Source of the DNA: an uncultured Flavobacteriales bacterium
Lineage (GTDB): Bacteria > Bacteroidota > Bacteroidia > Flavobacteriales_G > JALEGO01
Length of the DNA stretch: 64,000 bases
Assembly: GCA_964512145.1 (NCBI GenBank)
Contig: CAZEIM010000009.1
Span: 7-64,006, forward strand
Direction: 5' to 3'
The notes under the pieces were generated by a model. The model had not been told where the DNA came from. It saw nothing but the letters and a program-made list of their open reading frames with translations, and did no database searches. This document shows positions 56,703-64,000 of this stretch, piece after piece; the first letter of the stretch is position 1, and each line of letters begins with the position of its first letter. A program made the position numbers and the translations under genes.

Positions 56703-59700
56703 TTAATCAAGTTGTATGTTTAAACACAAGCCTCTTAATTCGTGTAATAACACATTAAAAGACTCAGGAATACCTGGTGTAGGCATTGTTTCACCTTTAA
56801 CAATTGCCTCATAGGTTTTAGCTCTTCCCATAACATCATCAGACTTAACCGTTAGTATTTCCTGAAGAATATTAGCGGCTCCGAATGCTTCTAAAGCCCA
56901 TACCTCCATCTCACCGAAACGTTGACCTCCAAATTGTGCTTTACCACCTAAAGGTTGTTGAGTAATTAAAGAGTAAGGACCAATAGATCTAGCATGCATT
57001 TTATCATCTACCATATGATGTAATTTCATCATATATATAACCCCAACAGTCGCTAATTGATCAAACTTATCTCCTGTTTCACCATCAAATAATTGGGTTC
57101 TACCAAATTTAGGAATTCCTGCTTTTTTAGACCACTCTTCAATATCTTCAATTTTAGCACCATCAAAAATTGGAGTTGAAAATTTAACCCCTAATTTTTT
57201 TCCAGCCCAGCCTAAAACGGTTTCATAAATTTGACCTAAGTTCATCCTAGATGGAACCCCAAGAGGGTTTAATACGATATCCACCGGTGTACCATCCTCT
57301 AAAAACGGCATATCTTCTTCACGAACTATTTTAGCTACAATTCCTTTGTTACCATGTCTTCCAGCCATTTTATCCCCTACTTTTAATTTTCTTTTCTGAG
57401 CTAAATATACTTTGGCTAATTTAATGATCCCTGCAGGTAATTCATCTCCAATTATTAAATTAAACTTTTTTCGTTTCATGGCTGCTTCTAAATCGCCACG
57501 TTTTAAATTGTAATTGTGTAAAACCTTTCTAACTAACTCATTTGTTTTAGAATCTGATGTCCAATCGTAAGGATAAATATTAGAATAATTTAAATCATCT
57601 AATATTTTCTTAGTTAGTTTAGCGCCTTTTTTAACTAGTTCTTCATTAAAGTTATTTTTAATTGAAGTAGTAGTTTTTCCGTCTAAAATATTAACCAATT
57701 TTTCTATGAGCTTAGCTCTTAATTCGAGCATATCATCATTAAATTCCTTATCAAGTTTATCGGTAATTTCTTTTTCTTGAGCTTTAGCTTTTCTGTCTTT
57801 GATTACCCTTGAAAAAAGTTTTTTATCAATTACTACACCTTTTACTGAAGGAGAAACTCTTAAAGAAGCATCTTTAACGTCACCCGCTTTGTCACCAAAT
57901 ATTGCTCGCAAAAGTTTTTCTTCAGGAGTAGGATCTGTTTCACCTTTAGGTGTAATCTTACCTATTAGAATATCCCCTTCCTTTACATCGGTTCCAATTC
58001 TAATAATTCCATTTTCATCTAAATTTTTGGTGGCCTCTTCACTCACATTAGGGATATCAGGAGTTAATTCTTCCAACCCTCTTTTTGTATCTCTTACCTC
58101 AAGGGTATATTCTTCTAAATGAATTGAAGTAAAAATATCTTCTTTTACAATTTTTTCACTAATTACAATTGCATCTTCGAAATTATATCCCTTCCAAGGC
58201 ATAAAAGCAACCATCAAATTTCTCCCTAATGCGAGTTCTCCATTTTCGGTGGCATATCCTTCGCATAAAACTTCACCAGCATTTACTTTTTGACCAACTT
58301 TAACAATTGGTTTAAGGTTTATACAGGTGTTTTGGTTTGTTTTAGAAAACTTAATTAATTCATAGGTTACTAAATTATCTGAAAAACTAACCAATTCATC
58401 GTCTGTATTTCTTTTATATCTAATTTTAATAATTTTAGAGTCTACATAGTCAACTACACCATCTCCCTCAGCATTAACAAGAACTCTTGAATCTTTAGCA
58501 ATAGAATACTCTAATCCTGTTCCGACAACGGGTGATTCCGGTTTAAGTAAAGGTACAGCTTGACGTTGCATATTTGATCCCATCAACGCTCTGTTTGCAT
58601 CATCATGCTCTAAAAATGGTATACATGAAGCCGCAACTGAGGCAATTTGATTAGAAGCAACATCCATTAAATGTAATTCATCTGGAGATACAACAGGAAA
58701 ATCACCTTCAAAACGTGCTTTAACTTTTTCTGTAGTAAAATTACCTTTTGCATCAACCTTTGCATTAGCCTGTGCAATAGTTTTATTATCTTCTTCTTCA
58801 GCACTTAAGTACAATGGGGCTTTCTCTAACTGCACTTTCCCATTATCAACTTGTCTGTACGGAGTTTCAATAAAACCTAGCTTGTTAATTTTAGCGTAAA
58901 CACATAATGAAGAAATTAATCCAATATTAGGACCTTCTGGAGTTTCGATAGTACATAATCTACCATAATGTGTATAATGAACATCTCGCACCTCAAACCC
59001 AGCTCTTTCTCTGGATAGACCACCAGGCCCTAACGCAGATAATCTTCTTTTATGAGTAATTTCAGATAATGGATTTGTTTGATCCATAAATTGAGAAAGC
59101 TGATTTGTGCCAAAAAATGAATTAATAACAGAAGACAAAGTTTTAGCATTAATTAGGTCAATAGGCGTAAATACTTCGTTATCACGAACATTCATTCTGT
59201 CTCTTATGGTTCTAGCCATTCTGGCTAAACCTACTCCAAATTGAGCATAAAGCTGTTCTCCAACAGTTCTAACTCTTCTATTACTTAAATGGTCTATATC
59301 ATCGACATCAGTTTTAGAATTAATAAGTTGTATTAAGTACTTAACAATTGCTATTATATCTTGTTTAGTTAATATCTTAGTACTCTCTTCAATATCTAAG
59401 TTAAGTTTTTTATTTATTCTATATCTTCCTACGTCTCCTAAATCATATCTTTTATCAGAGAAAAATAATTTATCAATTATACCTCTAGCCGTTTCTTCAT
59501 CAGGTGGCTCAGAATTTCTTAAAACTCTATATATATGTTCAATGGCCTCTAGTTCAGAGTTTGATGGATCTTTTTGAAGCGTGTTGTATATAATAGTGTA
59601 ATCATTAGTATTTATATCTTCTCTATGTATGAGTATATTTTTAGCCCCTGAATCAACAATTAAGTCAATTGTTTCCTCCTCGATAATTACTTCTCTATCA

Positions 59701-60506
59701 ACAATTACTTCGTTTCTCTCTATAGAAACAACTTCACCAGTATCTTCGTCAACAAAATCTTCAAACCAACTTTTTAAAACTCTTGCAGCTAATTTTCTTC
59801 CTTTATATTTTTTTAAAGTTGCTTTTGAAACTTTTACTTCTTCTGCTAAGTTAAATATTTCAAGAATATCTTTATCTGTTTGATATCCTATAGCACGAAA
59901 AAGCGTAGTAACTGGTAATTTCTTCTTTCTATCGATATAAGCATACATTACATCATTAATATCAGTAGCAAACTCAATCCAAGCTCCTTTAAAAGGGATA
60001 ACTCTTGCTGAATATAATTTAGTTCCATTTGCATGGAAACTTTGGCCAAAAAATACACCAGGAGATCTATGTAATTGAGATACAATTACTCGTTCTGCAC
60101 CATTAATAACGAAAGAACCTCTTGGAGTCATATAAGGAATAGTTCCTAGGTAAACATCTTGTACTGTCGGTTCAAAATCTTCATGATCTGGATCGGTACA
60201 ATACAATCTCATTTTTGCTTTAAGAGGAACTCCATACGTTAAACCTCTTTCAATACATTCTTGAATAGTATATCTTGGGGGGTCGATAAAGTAATCTAAA
60301 AATTCCAATACAAAGCTATTCCTAGCATCACTTATTGGAAAGTTTTCGGCAAATACTTTAAATAAACCTTCGTTAAATCTGTTTTCGGGAGATGTTTCCA
60401 GCTGGAAAAAATCTTTAAATGATTTTAATTGGATTTCGAGGAAATCAGGATAATCCAACTTATTTTGAGCAGTTGCAAAACTAACTCTATTAGGATTTTG
60501 ATTCAT
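56703..60506 (-). CDS. rpoB: DNA-directed RNA polymerase subunit beta
   Basis: 1267 aa. It has [20 protein letters not shown] and [14 protein letters not shown]. Confidence 0.98.
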   Translation of the reverse strand: MNQNPNRVSFATAQNKLDYPDFLEIQLKSFKDFFQLETSPENRFNEGLFKVFAENFPISDARNSFVLEFLDYFIDPPRYTIQECIERGLTYGVPLKAKMRLYCTDPDHEDFEPTVQDVYLGTIPYMTPRGSFVINGAERVIVSQLHRSPGVFFGQSFHANGTKLYSARVIPFKGAWIEFATDINDVMYAYIDRKKKLPVTTLFRAIGYQTDKDILEIFNLAEEVKVSKATLKKYKGRKLAARVLKSWFEDFVDEDTGEVVSIERNEVIVDREVIIEEETIDLIVDSGAKNILIHREDINTNDYTIIYNTLQKDPSNSELEAIEHIYRVLRNSEPPDEETARGIIDKLFFSDKRYDLGDVGRYRINKKLNLDIEESTKILTKQDIIAIVKYLIQLINSKTDVDDIDHLSNRRVRTVGEQLYAQFGVGLARMARTIRDRMNVRDNEVFTPIDLINAKTLSSVINSFFGTNQLSQFMDQTNPLSEITHKRRLSALGPGGLSRERAGFEVRDVHYTHYGRLCTIETPEGPNIGLISSLCVYAKINKLGFIETPYRQVDNGKVQLEKAPLYLSAEEEDNKTIAQANAKVDAKGNFTTEKVKARFEGDFPVVSPDELHLMDVASNQIASVAASCIPFLEHDDANRALMGSNMQRQAVPLLKPESPVVGTGLEYSIAKDSRVLVNAEGDGVVDYVDSKIIKIRYKRNTDDELVSFSDNLVTYELIKFSKTNQNTCINLKPIVKVGQKVNAGEVLCEGYATENGELALGRNLMVAFMPWKGYNFEDAIVISEKIVKEDIFTSIHLEEYTLEVRDTKRGLEELTPDIPNVSEEATKNLDENGIIRIGTDVKEGDILIGKITPKGETDPTPEEKLLRAIFGDKAGDVKDASLRVSPSVKGVVIDKKLFSRVIKDRKAKAQEKEITDKLDKEFNDDMLELRAKLIEKLVNILDGKTTTSIKNNFNEELVKKGAKLTKKILDDLNYSNIYPYDWTSDSKTNELVRKVLHNYNLKRGDLEAAMKRKKFNLIIGDELPAGIIKLAKVYLAQKRKLKVGDKMAGRHGNKGIVAKIVREEDMPFLEDGTPVDIVLNPLGVPSRMNLGQIYETVLGWAGKKLGVKFSTPIFDGAKIEDIEEWSKKAGIPKFGRTQLFDGETGDKFDQLATVGVIYMMKLHHMVDDKMHARSIGPYSLITQQPLGGKAQFGGQRFGEMEVWALEAFGAANILQEILTVKSDDVMGRAKTYEAIVKGETMPTPGIPESFNVLLHELRGLCLNIQLD

Positions 60507-60543
60507 ATATTGTTTTAATCAAATAAAACGTGAATAATAATTT

Positions 60544-60590
60544 AAAAAAACGCAAAAAAATGGCCGTTCCCAAAAAATGGGAAGGCCATT
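60544..60590 (-). terminator. hairpin plus T-tract between rplL and rpoB (probable attenuator)
   Basis: On the minus strand it reads ATGGCCTTCCCA-TTTTTT-GGGAACGGCCAT (one bulged base) followed by TTTTTTTGCGTTTTTTT. It lies in the 101-nt rplL-rpoB spacer. Confidence 0.6.
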
Positions 60591-60607
60591 AAAAATTTAT
60601 ATTGAAA

Positions 60608-60988
60608 TTATTTAATTTCAACTTGTGCTCCTACCTCTTCAAGTTGTTTCTTTAATGAATCTGCTTCATCTTTTGAAACTGCTTCTTTTAAAGGTTTTGG
60701 AGCTTGATCTACTAAATCTTTAGCTTCTTTTAAGCCTAAACCAGTAAGATCTTTAACTAATTTTACAACTTTTAATTTATCGTTACCTCCTGATTTTAAG
60801 ATAACATCAAATTCAGTTTTTTCTGCTGCACCACCACCTGCTGCACCACCTGCTGCAGGAGCAGCAACAGCGACAGCAGCGGCTGCCGGCTCAATACCAT
60901 AATCATTTTTTAGTATTTCAGCTAACTCGTTTACTTCTTTAACGGTTAAGTTTACTAATTGTTCAGCAAAAGCTTTTAAATCTGCCAT
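60608..60988 (-). CDS. rplL: 50S ribosomal protein L7/L12
   Basis: 126 aa with an Ala/Gly-rich hinge and [24 protein letters not shown]. Confidence 0.97.
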   Translation of the reverse strand: MADLKAFAEQLVNLTVKEVNELAEILKNDYGIEPAAAAVAVAAPAAGGAAGGGAAEKTEFDVILKSGGNDKLKVVKLVKDLTGLGLKEAKDLVDQAPKPLKEAVSKDEADSLKKQLEEVGAQVEIK

Positions 60989-61014
60989 GTTAATAATAAT
61001 TTAAATATTCAACT

Positions 61015-61536
61015 TTAATTTTTTTCTGATAGTGTACTTAATATTCCACTTAATTTGTTACCTCCTGATTTCAAGGCTGAAACAACATTTTTAGCTGGAG
61101 ATTGTAACAATCCAATAATATCTCCAATTAATTCATTTTTAGATTTTAATGTAGCTAGAACCTCTAATTGATTATCTCCAGCATACAAACAATCTTCAAT
61201 ATAAGCTAATTTAAGAACCGGTTTGTCTGATTTTACTCTAAATTCCTTAATTAATTTTGCAGGAGCATTAGAGCTTTCACAAAACATAATGGCAGTACTT
61301 CCTTTAACTAAAGGATAAATTTCCTTATAATCTTCCTTTCCAATTTTTTGTAAAGCTTTCACTAAAAGTGTATTCTTTACCATTTTTAGGGAAATGTTTT
61401 GATTAAAGCACTGTCTCCTTAACTTTGATGTATTTTCTGCGTTTAAACCAAGAGTATCTGTAAGATAGAAATTAGGATTATTCTCAATTTCTTTTACAAG
61501 TAACTCTATTTGTTTGTTTTTTTCTTCTTTTGTCAT
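61015..61536 (-). CDS. rplJ: 50S ribosomal protein L10
   Basis: 173 aa. The call rests on its position between rplA and rplL and L10-like sequence (LRRQCFNQNISLKMVKNTL). Confidence 0.93.
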   Translation of the reverse strand: MTKEEKNKQIELLVKEIENNPNFYLTDTLGLNAENTSKLRRQCFNQNISLKMVKNTLLVKALQKIGKEDYKEIYPLVKGSTAIMFCESSNAPAKLIKEFRVKSDKPVLKLAYIEDCLYAGDNQLEVLATLKSKNELIGDIIGLLQSPAKNVVSALKSGGNKLSGILSTLSEKN

Positions 61537-61563
61537 TTTAGAATTAATTTAATGACGATTAAC

Positions 61564-62250
61564 TTAGAGTTTAAAATCTACCATTATACTTGGACTCATT
61601 GTGCTAGACATATAAACACTTTTAATGTAAGCACCCTTGGAGGAAGCGGGTTTGAGTCTAACGATAGTTTGTAACAGCTCATTAGCATTTTCATATATTT
61701 TATCCGGAGAAAAAGATACCTTTCCTATAGCAGCATGTACTATTGCATATTTATCTACTCTGAAATCAATTTTACCAGATTTAACATCCTCAACTGCCTT
61801 ACCAACTTCCATTGTTACTGTTCCTGATTTAGGATTGGGCATTAAACCTCTAGGACCTAATATTTTACCTAATGCACCAACTTTACCCATTACACTTGGT
61901 GTAGTAACAATAACATCTATGTCCGTCCATCCACCTTTTATTTTTTCAATATAATCATCTAATCCAACATGATCAGCACCTGCTTTTTTTGCTTCAGCTT
62001 CTTTATCAGGTGTACACAATACTAAAACACGAACATTTTTACCTGTACCATGTGGTAATGAAACCGTGCCTCTTACCATTTCATTCGATTTTCTTGGATC
62101 AACACCTAATCTTATCGCTAAGTCAACAGAAGCATCAAACTTTGCATAGTTTATATCTTTAATTAGTTTGCTAGCTTCTTCTAAAGTATATGACTTATTA
62201 GAATTAACTTTTGTACTTACTTCTTTTTGTTTTTTTGTAATCCTTGCCAT
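61564..62250 (-). CDS. rplA: 50S ribosomal protein L1
   Basis: 228 aa with [13 protein letters not shown] and [16 protein letters not shown]. Confidence 0.97.
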   Translation of the reverse strand: MARITKKQKEVSTKVNSNKSYTLEEASKLIKDINYAKFDASVDLAIRLGVDPRKSNEMVRGTVSLPHGTGKNVRVLVLCTPDKEAEAKKAGADHVGLDDYIEKIKGGWTDIDVIVTTPSVMGKVGALGKILGPRGLMPNPKSGTVTMEVGKAVEDVKSGKIDFRVDKYAIVHAAIGKVSFSPDKIYENANELLQTIVRLKPASSKGAYIKSVYMSSTMSPSIMVDFKL

Positions 62251-62262
62251 TGTTGTATAATA

Positions 62263-62706
62263 TTAAATATTTGCGGGGAATTCTCCTGTTACATTTACCC
62301 CCATACTTCTCGCTGTACCTGCTACCATAGACATTGCTGATTTTAATGTAAAACAATTAAGATCAGGCATTTTATCAGTTGCAATGGTTTTAACTTGATC
62401 CCAAGTAATTGAAGCAACTTTTTTTCGATTAGGTTCAGCTGACCCCGATTTTAACTTTGTTGATTCTAAAATTTGTACAGCTACAGGAGGTGTTTTAATA
62501 ACAAAATCAAAAGATTTATCAGAATATACTGTAATAACTACAGGTAATACTTTTCCTGCTTTATCTTGAGTTCTTGCATTAAATTGTTTACAAAACTCCA
62601 TAATATTTACACCCTTAGAACCTAAAGCTGGTCCTATAGGGGGTGCTGGGTTTGCTGCACCACCTTTTACTTGTAACTTAATAAACCCTGTAACTTCTTT
62701 TGCCAT
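62263..62706 (-). CDS. rplK: 50S ribosomal protein L11
   Basis: 147 aa with [34 protein letters not shown]. Confidence 0.97.
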   Translation of the reverse strand: MAKEVTGFIKLQVKGGAANPAPPIGPALGSKGVNIMEFCKQFNARTQDKAGKVLPVVITVYSDKSFDFVIKTPPVAVQILESTKLKSGSAEPNRKKVASITWDQVKTIATDKMPDLNCFTLKSAMSMVAGTARSMGVNVTGEFPANI

Positions 62707-62721
62707 AAAACTAACTAATTA

Positions 62722-63258
62722 TTATTCTTTTTCAACTTGTAAAAAACTTAACTCTAAAGGAGTTTTTCTTCCAAAAATTTTCACGCTTACCTTCAATTTT
62801 CTTTTATCTTCATTTACCTCTTCAATTACACCATTAAATCCGTTAAAAGGGCCATCAATCACTTTTACATCCTCACCAACAACAAAAGGTATGCTCATTT
62901 CTTCACTCTTATCAGATAACTCATCTACTTTTCCTAAAATTCTATTTACTTCCGATAATCTTAAGGGAATAGGGTTTCCTTTCTTTTCTGCACCCAAAAA
63001 CCCGATAACATTTGGTAGATTTTTAATCAAATGGGGAACTTCACCTTCTAAATTTGCTTCTAATAAAACATATCCAGGAAAATAATTTCTTTCTTTGCTT
63101 ATTTTTTTACCGTTTCTTACTTGATAAACTTTTTCTGTAGGAATTAATACTTGAGAAACGTTATTTTGCAAACCTGCTCTATTAATTTCGAGCTCAATTT
63201 GTTCTTTAACTTTTTTTTCTTTGCCACTAATGGCTCTAACTACATACCACTTCATCAT
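62722..63258 (-). CDS. nusG: transcription termination/antitermination factor NusG
   Basis: 178 aa. It has the NGN domain (WYVVRAISGKEKKV) and the KOW motif (GEDVKVIDGPFNGFNGVIEEV). Confidence 0.95.
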   Translation of the reverse strand: MMKWYVVRAISGKEKKVKEQIELEINRAGLQNNVSQVLIPTEKVYQVRNGKKISKERNYFPGYVLLEANLEGEVPHLIKNLPNVIGFLGAEKKGNPIPLRLSEVNRILGKVDELSDKSEEMSIPFVVGEDVKVIDGPFNGFNGVIEEVNEDKRKLKVSVKIFGRKTPLELSFLQVEKE

Positions 63259-63270
63259 AATCCTACCCTA

Positions 63271-63462
63271 CTAAAATATTTTATACAATTGCTTTAACAA
63301 ATTACTTCCCCCTAAATCCATTAAATAAATAACCAATGCAATAATAAGTGTTGATATTAACACAATAATAGCACTAGATTGTAATTCACTCCATGATGGC
63401 CAAGTAACCTTGTTTTTTAGCTCATCATAAGACTCAACTATATATGATTTTAAACTACTCAT
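63271..63462 (-). CDS. secE: preprotein translocase subunit SecE
   Basis: ORF 63271..63486 would overlap the tRNA. The internal ATG at 63462 gives a 63-aa protein (KVTWPSWSELQSSAIIVLISTLIIALVIYLMD) with a single C-terminal TM. It sits between tRNA-Trp and nusG. Confidence 0.8.
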   Translation of the reverse strand: MSSLKSYIVESYDELKNKVTWPSWSELQSSAIIVLISTLIIALVIYLMDLGGSNLLKQLYKIF

Positions 63463-63474
63463 ATTTTTATTTTG

Positions 63475-63547
63475 CACGGGAGGCAAGAATCGAACTCGCG
63501 ACCTTTGGTTTTGGAGACCACTGCTCTACCAGCTGAGCTACTCCCGT
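63475..63547 (-). tRNA. trnW: tRNA-Trp (anticodon CCA); 3' CCA not genomically encoded
   Basis: The minus strand reads ACGGGAG-TA-GCTC-AGCTGGTA-GAGC-A-GTGGT-CTCCAAA-ACCAA-AGGTC-GCGAG-TTCGATT-CTTGC-CTCCCGT-G. The cloverleaf folds by eye. The bases after the discriminator are CAA, not CCA. Confidence 0.9.
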
Positions 63548-63554
63548 ATATATT

Positions 63555-63581
63555 CTGAGCGTATGATTTTCATACGCTCAG
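63555..63581 (-). terminator. 12-bp perfect hairpin between tuf and tRNA-Trp (terminator or processing site)
   Basis: ctgagcgtatga-ttt-tcatacgctcag. No clear T-tract follows on the minus strand, so it may mark processing rather than termination. Confidence 0.4.
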
Positions 63582-63592
63582 GTATACACTTA

Positions 63593-64000
63593 TTATTTAA
63601 TAATTTCTGTTACTTGACCTGCACCAACAGTTCTTCCACCTTCTCTAATAGCAAATTTTAAACCTTTATTAATTGCTACTGGAGCTATTAAGTTAACAGT
63701 AATTGTTAAATTATCTCCCGGCATTACCATTTCTCTTCCTTCACCTAAGGTAATTTCACCAGTTACATCTGTAGTTCTTAAATAAAATTGTGGTCTATAT
63801 TTATTTTGAAATGGAGTATGTCTTCCTCCTTCTTCTTTTTTCAAAATATAAACTTCAGCTTTAAACTCAGTATGAGGTTTAATTGAACCAGGTTTACAGA
63901 TAATCATTCCTCTTTTTATTTGTTCTTTCTCAATACCCCTTAATAAAATTCCAACATTATCTCCAGCCTCACCTCTGTCTAATATTTTTCTAAACATTTC
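63593..64000 (-). CDS. tuf: elongation factor Tu, C-terminal part (gene runs off the window end)
   Basis: [58 protein letters not shown]. Confidence 0.97.
   Translation of the reverse strand, partial: EMFRKILDRGEAGDNVGILLRGIEKEQIKRGMIICKPGSIKPHTEFKAEVYILKKEEGGRHTPFQNKYRPQFYLRTTDVTGEITLGEGREMVMPGDNLTITVNLIAPVAINKGLKFAIREGGRTVGAGQVTEIIK

Noticed and set aside
53359-59883. Plus-strand ORFs of 65-107 aa inside rpoC and rpoB (53359..53556, 53656..53874, 56364..56606, 57799..58122, 59629..59883)
   Set aside because: They are antisense to two of the most conserved genes in bacteria. They are S/F/I-rich and low in complexity, with no recognisable motifs. These are typical shadow ORFs.

Overview
This is a visibly AT-rich chromosomal window from a Bacteroidota genome, Flavobacteriia/Cytophagia-like. 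The phylum call rests on T9SS type-A and type-B C-terminal sorting domains, TAnnTTTG promoter-like motifs, and the minus-strand block tuf - tRNA-Trp - secE - nusG - rplK - rplA - rplJ - rplL - rpoB - rpoC - DUF3467 - guaB at 50.5-64 kb. I can support about 55 protein genes and one tRNA.

Most of the window is housekeeping: glyA, fumarylacetoacetase, recR, pheS, RNase R, dprA, mnmD, PiT/DUF47 and IMP dehydrogenase. It also holds two OmpR-type two-component pairs, an ABC-2 exporter, an RND/MMPL transporter, and a tight operon of three periplasmic foldase-like genes plus MoxR.

I saw no rRNA, CRISPR array, transposase, integrase or recognisable defence gene, and I cannot point to a clearly novel system with confidence. 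The candidates worth follow-up are:
- A four-gene accessory islet at 12.7-15.3 kb: XRE HTH, an overlapping 54-aa micro-ORF, a Fic AMPylator and a secreted LRR protein.
- A surface-protein pair at 0.1-4.0 kb: an S74 tail-fibre-like protein with a 2 x 342-bp tandem duplication, then a beta-helix/Ig-like repeat protein with no T9SS tail.
- A left-handed beta-helix gene directly upstream of a nucleotidyltransferase-like (DUF4301-like) gene.
- Three single-site lesions in otherwise intact conserved genes: a frameshifted histidine kinase, an in-frame TAG in RNase Z, and an aminotransferase with no canonical start codon.

All family calls come from motif recognition by eye. No searches were run.
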